Part shown: positions 56,915 to 64,000 of the stretch, piece by piece
How the letters are laid out: each line of letters opens with the position of its first letter
How positions within the stretch are numbered: the stretch's first letter is position 1
DNA from: Rubrivivax sp.
GTDB lineage: Bacteria; Pseudomonadota; Gammaproteobacteria; Burkholderiales; Burkholderiaceae_C
DNA: 64,000 nucleotides
Direction: 5' to 3'
Assembly (NCBI GenBank): GCA_031431555.1
Contig: JANPDN010000206.1
Coordinates: 15,558-79,557 of the forward strand
Notes under the pieces: generated by a model
What the model was told of the DNA's origin: nothing
The model's database searches: none
The model's input: only the letters and a program-made list of their open reading frames with translations
Program-made: the position numbers and the translations under genes

Positions 56915-59074
56915 TCAGGCCGGCCGCAGCACCGCAGTCAGCGACTGCCGCCAGCGTGCGAGCAGGCGTTCGTGCCACTTCGGGTTTTGCACGATCTCGG
57001 CGCGGTAAAAGCTCGGGCACAGCGTTGCCGCATGCGCGTTGGCGCCACACAGGCCGCAGCCGACACAGCCTTCGATGACGGTGGCCACCGGGTCCACGCG
57101 CAGCGGGTCGGGGTTGTCCTTCAGCGTCAGCGTCGGGCAGCCCGACAGCCGGATGCAGGCATGGTCCCCCGTGCAGACATCTTCATCGACGCCGTACTTC
57201 ACGCGCTCAAGGCGTTCGCCGCGCTTTAACAATCCAGCCATCCAGGGCTTGATGCGGCGCTGGCGTTCGAGTTGGCATTCACCTTCGGCGACGATGACTT
57301 TCAGGCCGGTGAACTTGGCGGTGAAGGCGTCCTGCAAGGTGCGCCGCATGGCGTCGACATCGTAGGTGTGCACGACCCGCATCCACGTAACACCCATGCC
57401 GGCAAGCGTGGTTTCGATGGTCTGGTTTTTGTGCGCCAGGCTCTGGTGCAGTTGTGAATTCAACTCGGCGTCGGCCTTGGCTGCGTCATCGGGGGTATTC
57501 AGGATGTCCTGCGTGCCGGTGGCCGAGGTGTAGCCGTTTTTCATGATCATCAGCACCGCGTCGTCGCCGTTGAACAGCGCCGACTGCACCCCCGTCAACA
57601 GGCCGTTGTGCCAGAACCCGCCGTCGCCCATGATCGCCAGCGTGCGCCGCTGCATCATCGGCGAAACCCCGGCGCGGCTGGCCAGGCTCATGCCGTAACC
57701 GAGGATCGAATGGCCCGATGAAAAGGGCTCGAACGTCGCCAGGGCGTGGCAGCCGATATCGGCGGCGATATGCACCGGGCCGACGTTCTGCTGCGCGAGT
57801 TTGAGCGCTGAAAATACCGGCCGCTCCGGGCAGCCGACACAAAAACTCGGCGGCCGCGCCGGCAAGGTGCCCATCAGCCTGGCGACATCGGCGCGGCGCT
57901 GCGCATTGCCGGCGAGCCAGGCGCGCGCCGCGCTCAGGTCCACATCGGGCAGGTATTTTTCGACAAAGCCGATGAGCCCCGGCACGATCGCCTCGACGGT
58001 GTATTCGCCCACCGGCGGCAGCAGATCCTTGCCATGCACCGGCGTTTGCACATCGTTCTTGCGCAGCGCCTGGACGAGGTCCTTTTCGATGTACTCGGGT
58101 GAGCCTTCTTCGAGCATCAAGACCGCGCGGCGGCCGACACAAAACGCACTGACCTCGGCCGGCACCAGCGGGTAGGTGACATTGAGCACCAGCATCGGCA
58201 GCACGCTCGAGCCCAGCGCATCGGCCAAGCCAAGCTGCTGCAAGGCACGCACCACGGCGTTGTACAGGCCGCCTTGCACGACCAGGCCGACCTCGCTGCG
58301 GGCACCGTCGAAATGTTCATTCAGCCGGTGCTCGGCGATGTACCGCTGCGCTGCGGGCAGCCGCTGTTCGACTTTCAGTTTTTCGTGACGAAAGGTCACC
58401 GGCGGGTGGGCCAACCGCATGTAGTCAAAGCGCGCCGGCTCGTCGATCAGGTCGCGCGTATTGAACCGCGGCGCGACGTTGTCCTTGGCGATAAACGTGC
58501 CGCGCAGGTGGCAGGTGCGGATGCGCAACTCCATCACCGCCGGCATGTTGCTGGCTTCGCTCAAGGCGAATGCATGCTCGACCAAGCGCACCATGTTCGC
58601 CAGATCCGGCCGCGGGTCAAACAGTGCCAGCGTGCTCTTCAATGCAAATGCGTGGGTGCGCTCCTGGATCACGCTGGCACCTTCGCCGTAATCTTCGCCG
58701 ACGACGATCAGCGCCCCGCCAACGACACCGGGTGAAGCCAGGTTGCTCAAGGCATCGGCAGCGACATTGGTGCCGACGATCGACTTCCAGGTCACCGCGC
58801 CGCGCAGCGGATAGTGGATCGACGCGCCGAGCATTGCCGCGGCAGACGCTTCGTTGGCACAGGCTTCGACATGCACGCCGAGGGTGTCGACATAGGGCTT
58901 GGCCTGGACCATCACATCGAGCAGATGCGATACCGGCGCACCCTGGTAGCCGCCGATATAAGCGACCCCGGATTGCAGCAAGCCCTTGGTGATCGCCAGG
59001 ATGCCTTCGCCATGAAAGGTGGCGCCGGCGCCGAGCTTGAGTTGTTCGATCTGGTCGGTGAACTGGACTTCCAT
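56915..59074 (-). CDS. iorA: Indolepyruvate ferredoxin oxidoreductase, alpha subunit (TPP + 4Fe-4S)
   Basis: 719 aa. TPP-binding ..MGDGGFWHNG... C-terminal ferredoxin cysteines CIRLSGCP and CVGCGLCG. Confidence 0.85.
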   Translation of the reverse strand: MEVQFTDQIEQLKLGAGATFHGEGILAITKGLLQSGVAYIGGYQGAPVSHLLDVMVQAKPYVDTLGVHVEACANEASAAAMLGASIHYPLRGAVTWKSIVGTNVAADALSNLASPGVVGGALIVVGEDYGEGASVIQERTHAFALKSTLALFDPRPDLANMVRLVEHAFALSEASNMPAVMELRIRTCHLRGTFIAKDNVAPRFNTRDLIDEPARFDYMRLAHPPVTFRHEKLKVEQRLPAAQRYIAEHRLNEHFDGARSEVGLVVQGGLYNAVVRALQQLGLADALGSSVLPMLVLNVTYPLVPAEVSAFCVGRRAVLMLEEGSPEYIEKDLVQALRKNDVQTPVHGKDLLPPVGEYTVEAIVPGLIGFVEKYLPDVDLSAARAWLAGNAQRRADVARLMGTLPARPPSFCVGCPERPVFSALKLAQQNVGPVHIAADIGCHALATFEPFSSGHSILGYGMSLASRAGVSPMMQRRTLAIMGDGGFWHNGLLTGVQSALFNGDDAVLMIMKNGYTSATGTQDILNTPDDAAKADAELNSQLHQSLAHKNQTIETTLAGMGVTWMRVVHTYDVDAMRRTLQDAFTAKFTGLKVIVAEGECQLERQRRIKPWMAGLLKRGERLERVKYGVDEDVCTGDHACIRLSGCPTLTLKDNPDPLRVDPVATVIEGCVGCGLCGANAHAATLCPSFYRAEIVQNPKWHERLLARWRQSLTAVLRPA

Positions 59075-59226
59075 GCCGTGATTGCGCGCGCTGTGCTTGC
59101 CGGAGATTGCAAGCGCGAACTCTAGGCAGCGGCGGGGGCGTCGTCCATCGGGTCAATCGGCCAACTCGGGCCCGTCACTGCACTGCCGCCCCACAGGGCG
59201 GGCATTCGATGCCGCGAAGCGCGGTC

Positions 59227-59463
59227 TCAGCTGAGCATCAGCGACTGCACCCAGCCGCCGGACTGCACTTGGGCTTCAACCCGGCGCGGTGGCTCGTGAC
59301 GCAGGCCGATCGCAACGCGGCCGGTCCAGAAGATCATGCGGCCGGTGCCGGGCAACCAGGCCGGGCCGGTGTAGCCGCTGGGCATGGCCACCGGCGGCAC
59401 GTCACTTTGGTGGTGGATCGCGGGTTCGTCGGCAAGCAAATCTGCAGTCAATCGGTTGAACAC
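59227..59463 (-). CDS. Small hypothetical protein (weak call)
   Basis: GTG 59463 preceded by AGGAG (the longer ORF reaches 59517). 78 aa, no motif recognised. Confidence 0.3.
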   Translation of the reverse strand: MFNRLTADLLADEPAIHHQSDVPPVAMPSGYTGPAWLPGTGRMIFWTGRVAIGLRHEPPRRVEAQVQSGGWVQSLMLS

Positions 59464-59650
59464 GGGGCGCTCCTGAAACGGTGAACCGATGATCAACAGA
59501 TTCAGCGCCGCGCACATCCACCGGGATGCACGCGCTCATCCACGGGGGCGCGGCCGGCTAGTCGTGAAGCAGTTGTCAAACTGCTGTAACGAGCGTCGAT
59601 TTGTGCCGGCTGGGTTGTAACCATGCGGCTGGTGGCTTGGGCTGTTCTCG

Positions 59651-59723
59651 CAGCCGGGGTTGGGGTGGCCGGCTTCGGTTGTGGAATTCTTACGCCCTAC
59701 GCCGGCCACCCCAGCCCCGGCTG
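59651..59723. repeat. REP-like palindromic element, copy 1
   Basis: 23-bp stem (cagccggggttggggtggccggc / gccggccaccccagccccggctg, one G-T mismatch) around a 27-nt loop containing tggaattctta. Confidence 0.8.
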
Positions 59724-59807
59724 AGCCGGTGGCGGCCGGGCGCTGCAAATACCAGTCTCGCTCGCTGTTCCGGTTCGCACTTCGGAGGCCGACAAATCTG
59801 CTCGCCG

Positions 59808-59880
59808 AGCCGGTGTGGGGGTGGCCCGGCGTAGTGCATAAGAATTCCATAAACGCAGCCGGGCCACCCCAGCGCCGGCT
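59808..59880. repeat. REP-like palindromic element, copy 2 (inverted relative to copy 1)
   Basis: ggggtggcccggc-N27-gccgggccacccc. The loop reverse complement matches the copy 1 loop at 22 of 27 positions (shared tggaattctta). Confidence 0.8.
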
Positions 59881-59981
59881 GTGCGCGCGCCGCTGCCGGA
59901 GTGCGCAATACCCGCAGCGACCTGGCCTTACTCCGGTCCACTGCCGCGCGCGAGACGCGCGGCTGGCCGCGTAAGGCACTC

Positions 59982-60001
59982 GGCTGCGCGCAGGCGCAGC
60001 C
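59982..60001 (-). terminator. GC hairpin 9 nt downstream of the WS/DGAT stop (terminator-like, no U tract)
   Basis: ggctgcgc-gcag-gcgcagcc, 8-bp stem. A second hairpin, ccgcgcg-cgaga-cgcgcgg, is at 59944-59962. Confidence 0.25.
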
Positions 60002-60009
60002 TCATGACC

Positions 60010-61452
60010 TTACTCCGCCCAAGGCATCATCATCGTGAGCATCAGGAGCTTTTCAAACTCAGGCTCGAAGATGTCGATGATGGCTTGCGGGTCGGGGCAG
60101 AGTTTTTGGTCGGTGATCAAACCGAACTGCACGCCGCCGCCATACGACAGGATCGACACGCCGATGCCGATGTCGCCCGAGGCCGGCACCCAGAACATGT
60201 TTTGGCGCAGCGTCGCGCCGCAGAACTTGAGCGGCTCCGCCGGGCCGGGCACGTTGGTCATCACCGCGGTGGCCTTCTTGGAGAACAGGTTCAGCACCGC
60301 GTCCTGCACCGGCTTGATGAACAGGCCACTCAAGGACAGCACCGCAAACGCCAGCAACGGCTGGTAGCTGCCTTTGAGTTCGGCCATGCGCCGGTGCACC
60401 GCGTAGACCCGCTCGACCGGGTTGTCGATGCCGATCGGCAGCACCAGCGGCGCCAGGCCGAAGCGGTTGCCGAGCTGCCAGGCCTTTTCCATCGGCCGCA
60501 GGTTGACCGGCACCATGGCGCGGATTTCCTTGCCCTGCGGGTCTTCGCCGCGGTCGCGCAGAGACTGGCCGATGGCCCCCGCGACACACGACAACAGCAC
60601 ATCGTTGATCGAGCAGTTCAGGCCCTTGCCCACCGTCTTGACCAGGTGCAGCGGCAACGGCTCGCTCCAGGCGACAACCTTCTTGCCGATCGGTTTGCCC
60701 TTCAGCGCGGTCGGCGAATCGTCGGCGAGCAGCGCGAGCGCAGCCACGTCGCTGAGCACCTGCATGCCGGACTTGGCCATGTCCATCGACCCACTCAAGC
60801 CACCGGCGACCGAGCCTTGCGGGTTGGACAACATCTCCAGAGATTTAGTGACACCGCCGCCATACATGCCGATGGCCTTGACCGCGATATCGCTCAAGGG
60901 CTTGAGCACGGCATCGGACAACCAGTCACCGCCATCCGCGTCGGCAGCTGCGGCTTCGCGCTTGCGGCGCTTCGGCGGGTCGGCGCCGCCGTCGGTGATG
61001 CTCATCATCACCGAGATCAGCGCGATGCCGTCGGCGATGCAATGGTGGATGCGGGCGATCAGCGCGCTGCCGCCTTCGTAGTCGTCGATGAGGTGAAACT
61101 GCCACAGCGGCCGGCGCGCATCGAGCGGCGTTGTCGCCAGTTCGCCGCAGAGCAGTTGCAACGCAGCACGTTCGCTTTGGCCAGGCTTCGGCGCCAGGTG
61201 GATCTGCACGACATGGCGCTCGAGGTCGAAGTTGTCGTCGGCGACCCACATCGCGCCCATCGCGTCGGCCACCGCGCGTTGTTTGAATCGGTCGTACTTG
61301 AGCAGCTTGTCGGCGATGCGTTCGCGCAGGGCCTCGATGGTGATCGCCGGGGTCAGCATCCAGACGCCGACGATCATCATCAGGTTGACGTCGTTGTCCA
61401 TCCGCAACCAGGCGGTATCGACGCGCGACATGCGCTCGGTGGGGGTGGGCAT
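60010..61452 (-). CDS. Wax ester synthase / diacylglycerol acyltransferase (WS/DGAT) family
   Basis: ATG 61452: MPTPTERMSRVDTAWLRMD. Catalytic HHCIADGIAL (HHxxxDG). About 480 aa. Confidence 0.85.
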   Translation of the reverse strand: MPTPTERMSRVDTAWLRMDNDVNLMMIVGVWMLTPAITIEALRERIADKLLKYDRFKQRAVADAMGAMWVADDNFDLERHVVQIHLAPKPGQSERAALQLLCGELATTPLDARRPLWQFHLIDDYEGGSALIARIHHCIADGIALISVMMSITDGGADPPKRRKREAAAADADGGDWLSDAVLKPLSDIAVKAIGMYGGGVTKSLEMLSNPQGSVAGGLSGSMDMAKSGMQVLSDVAALALLADDSPTALKGKPIGKKVVAWSEPLPLHLVKTVGKGLNCSINDVLLSCVAGAIGQSLRDRGEDPQGKEIRAMVPVNLRPMEKAWQLGNRFGLAPLVLPIGIDNPVERVYAVHRRMAELKGSYQPLLAFAVLSLSGLFIKPVQDAVLNLFSKKATAVMTNVPGPAEPLKFCGATLRQNMFWVPASGDIGIGVSILSYGGGVQFGLITDQKLCPDPQAIIDIFEPEFEKLLMLTMMMPWAE

Positions 61453-61543
61453 TCGGCAAGGCTCCAAAGGGCTACTGTCTGCGGCCCACGATGCTGGGTA
61501 ACATCGCGACCGTCAATGCCCATTTTCACCCAAGGACAAAGCG

Positions 61544-61798
61544 ATGGCCGACCTCAAAACAACGTTCGACAAAGCGGTGGCAGATTCGAAGAAGCTGCCC
61601 GAGAAGCCCGACAACAACACCTTGCTCAAGCTCTACGCGCTTTACAAACAAGCCACCGAAGGCGACGTCGAAGGCAAGCGCCCCGGCTTCACCGACATGG
61701 TCGGCCGCGCCAAATTCGACGCCTGGGCGGCGGTCAAGGGCACCGCCGATGCGACGGCGATGCAGGACTATGTCGACCTCATCGAATCGCTGAAATAA
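61544..61798 (+). CDS. Acyl-CoA-binding protein (ACBP)
   Basis: 84 aa: ..KLPEKPDNNTLLKLYALYKQATEGDV..KPGFTDMVGRAKFDAW.., the classic ACBP pattern. Confidence 0.9.
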   Translation: MADLKTTFDKAVADSKKLPEKPDNNTLLKLYALYKQATEGDVEGKRPGFTDMVGRAKFDAWAAVKGTADATAMQDYVDLIESLK

Positions 61799-61847
61799 GC
61801 GGCACGGGCGTTCCAACTTAGGGGGAGCGCTTGCCTCGTCGCCCCGC

Positions 61848-63455
61848 TTGCGCTATCAAGCCCGAGTGAAATTCGAACGCCACGCTTTTATCAGCTACGC
61901 GCACATCGATGACGAGCCGCTGCTCGCCGATGATGACGGCTGGGTCACGATGTTCCATCGCACGCTGCAGCAGCAGCTCGCGATGCGCCTGGGCGAAAAG
62001 GCCAATATCTGGCGCGACGAACGCCTGCGCCCGATCGAGGATTTTTCGGCCGAGATCACCGACAAGCTTGCCGGTGCGGCGGTGTTGATCTCGGTGCTCT
62101 CGCCGCGTTATCTCAAATCCGACTGGTGCCTGCGCGAGCTCACGACATTCTGCGATCTGGCCGAGCGCGAAACCGGCCTCATGCTCGACAACAAGAGCCG
62201 GGTCTTCAAGGTCCTCACGCTGCCGCTCGAGAACCGCAACGACGCCAGCCTGCCGGCAGCGATGAACCGTGCACTGGGTTACGAGTTTTTTGCGCCCGGC
62301 CCAGACGGCGACGAGCTGCCGCTGGCGCCGAGTTTTGGCGAAGAGTACAAGCAAAAATTCCTGCGCAAGGTGTCGTCTGTGGCCGCCGACATCAAGCGCA
62401 TGATGACCCTGCTCGACGCCGAAGCGCCGCGCCCCGACGCACTGCCGGCGCAGCCGAAGCCGACGGTTTATCTGGCCACCTGCAGCCAGGACCGGCGCGA
62501 CAGCCGCGAGATGCTGGCCACCGAACTCGAGCGCCTGGGCTGCACCGTGCTGCCCGATCGCCAGTTGCCCACCGACGAGTTGAGCTTTGTCGACGAAGTG
62601 CGTGGCATGCTCGCGCGCAGCCGGCTCAGCGTGCATCTGGTCGGCGCGGCTTACGGCCTGGTGCCCGAAGGTGCTTCGGGCAAATCGGTCGTCGAGCTTC
62701 AAAATCAACTCGCCGTGCAACGTTGCCGCGAGGCCGGCCGCGGCGCGCTGGCACGGCTGATCTGGCTGCCTGAAAACGATTCGAGTTCAGCCACCTCGCC
62801 GCCAGTGCCCGCGGTCCAGGCCGCGTTCATCCATCGCTTGCACACCGATGCCGAGGCACAGTTTGGTGCCGACCTGATCTGCGCCGATTTCGAGACCCTG
62901 AAACTCAGCGTGCGCAACGCGCTCGACCGACTCAACAAGCCGCCCGCAGCGGCACCGCACAGGTCCGACGACACCGTCGGCACTGACGGCCTCGTGACGA
63001 CGGCGTCGCGCCGTCGCATCGTCCACCTCGTGCACTGCGAGCCCGACCGCAAGACCTTCATCGATCTGCTGCGTTTGCTCGGTGAAACTGCCAATGTCAC
63101 GCGCCCGGTCTTCGCCGGCGACGCCGGCGTGCTGCGCGAAGCCAACCAAGCACTGCTGATGGCCTGCGACGAGGTCTGGCTCTACTACGGCAGCGGTGAC
63201 GACGCCTGGAAGTACCACCAGCAAAACGAACTGCGCCGCATCCGCGGACTGCGCACCGAGCGGCCGTTGCCGGCCGACACCGTGGTCCTGGCGCTGCCCG
63301 ACAACGACGACAAGGCGGTGCTGGCCGAAGTCGGCGACCCCGGCTGCGTGGTGCTCGACCTGCGCGCCGGCATCAGCCCCGAGATGCGCTTGGCCGTCGG
63401 CGCGCTGCTGGCGAGCCGCGCGCCTGCGGTTGACCCAGGCCCGCCGCAATCATGA
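61848..63455 (+). CDS. TIR-domain protein with two additional TIR-like/Rossmannoid modules
   Basis: 535-aa ORF (TTG 61848, or GTG 61866). HAFISYAHIDDEP..IWRDERLRPIEDF..AAVLISVLSPRYLKSDWCLRELT. Modules 2 and 3 begin PTVYLATCSQDRRDSREMLATELERLGCTV and RRIVHLVHCEPDRKTFIDLLRLLGE. Confidence 0.8.
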   Translation: MRYQARVKFERHAFISYAHIDDEPLLADDDGWVTMFHRTLQQQLAMRLGEKANIWRDERLRPIEDFSAEITDKLAGAAVLISVLSPRYLKSDWCLRELTTFCDLAERETGLMLDNKSRVFKVLTLPLENRNDASLPAAMNRALGYEFFAPGPDGDELPLAPSFGEEYKQKFLRKVSSVAADIKRMMTLLDAEAPRPDALPAQPKPTVYLATCSQDRRDSREMLATELERLGCTVLPDRQLPTDELSFVDEVRGMLARSRLSVHLVGAAYGLVPEGASGKSVVELQNQLAVQRCREAGRGALARLIWLPENDSSSATSPPVPAVQAAFIHRLHTDAEAQFGADLICADFETLKLSVRNALDRLNKPPAAAPHRSDDTVGTDGLVTTASRRRIVHLVHCEPDRKTFIDLLRLLGETANVTRPVFAGDAGVLREANQALLMACDEVWLYYGSGDDAWKYHQQNELRRIRGLRTERPLPADTVVLALPDNDDKAVLAEVGDPGCVVLDLRAGISPEMRLAVGALLASRAPAVDPGPPQS

Positions 63456-63510
63456 GCCGAAGGGCCGCTCCCGAGGCGAATACCGCAGCGCGTAGCGCAG
63501 AGGTTGCCCG

Positions 63511-64000
63511 ATGACGCTGGAGGCCACGGCCGCTGCGCCGCCGAGCAACCCCTACCCCGGCCTGCGGCCTTTTCGCGAAGAAGAAGAGCATCTGTTTTTC
63601 GGCCGCGAGCACCAGGTCGACGGCATGGTCGACCGGCTGGCGCAGACCCACTTTCTGGTCGTCGTGGGCACCTCGGGGTCGGGCAAGTCGTCGCTCGTCA
63701 ACTGCGGCCTGCGCCCGGCGCTGCACCGCGGTCTGCTCGCCAGCGCCGGCACCCATTGGCGGGTGGCACAGTTCCGCCCTGGCGACCGGCCGCTGCATGC
63801 GCTGGCCGAGGCGTTGGCTGGCGTGCGCCCCGGGTTTGCCGAAGACGGCCCGTTTTCGCTCGACGATTTGATCGAGTCGACACTGCGATCAAGCAAGCTT
63901 GGCCTGCTCGATGCAATCGAAGAGTCGGGCCTGGCTGACGACAACAATTTGTTGATCGTGGCCGATCAGTTTGAAGAGCTGTTCCGCTACCGCGACCTCG
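63511..64000 (+). CDS. STAND-class P-loop NTPase (NACHT/nSTAND-like), N-terminal 163 codons; continues beyond the window
   Basis: Own translation from ATG 63511: ..NPYPGLRPFREEEEHLFFGREHQVDGMVDRL..VVVGTSGSGKSSLV (Walker A)..LLIVADQFEELFRY (Walker B). No stop before 64000, so it is absent from the ORF track. Confidence 0.8.
   Translation, partial: MTLEATAAAPPSNPYPGLRPFREEEEHLFFGREHQVDGMVDRLAQTHFLVVVGTSGSGKSSLVNCGLRPALHRGLLASAGTHWRVAQFRPGDRPLHALAEALAGVRPGFAEDGPFSLDDLIESTLRSSKLGLLDAIEESGLADDNNLLIVADQFEELFRYRDL

Noticed and set aside
59536-59979. 147-aa minus-strand ORF across the REP doublet
   Set aside because: It is composed of translated palindromic repeats, with no start context. The region is better explained as non-coding REP elements.

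Overview
High-GC chromosomal window that looks like a Burkholderiales betaproteobacterium, with about 58 protein-coding genes. I found no rRNA, tRNA, CRISPR array, transposase or integrase. The backbone is a minus-strand housekeeping cluster: ABC-2 exporter ATPase, ABC-2 permease, ibaG/bolA-like, murA, hisG, hisD, hisC. Three accessory insertions cut it into pieces; they carry PEP-CTERM cargo proteins, two ECF sigma modules, an HD-GYP/LuxR regulator and a STAND-type adenylate cyclase. murA carries an in-frame TAG, and hisD is fused in frame to a GNAT domain. The middle of the window is nutrient-scavenging metabolism: two Dpp/Opp-type peptide ABC transporters, two MlrC/M81 peptidase paralogues, two amidases, an amidohydrolase plus COG0523 GTPase, Bug/TctC binding proteins, indolepyruvate ferredoxin oxidoreductase (iorA/iorB) and a patatin lipoprotein operon. 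There are two signalling or defence candidates. One is a KaiC-like ATPase operon ending in a GGDEF/histidine-kinase hybrid whose phospho-acceptor His is replaced by Asp. The other, at the right edge, is a TIR protein (TIR plus two TIR-like modules) followed by a STAND P-loop NTPase that runs off the window; this is my best candidate for an undescribed conflict/defence system. Non-coding structure includes a 312-bp nested perfect inverted repeat (27-bp arms enclosing 33-bp arms), a REPIN-like REP doublet, several short tandem repeats placed exactly at gene junctions, and a shared GGAAT-N17-CGTACA ECF-type promoter motif. All calls come from reading the sequence and ORF track by eye; no searches were run.
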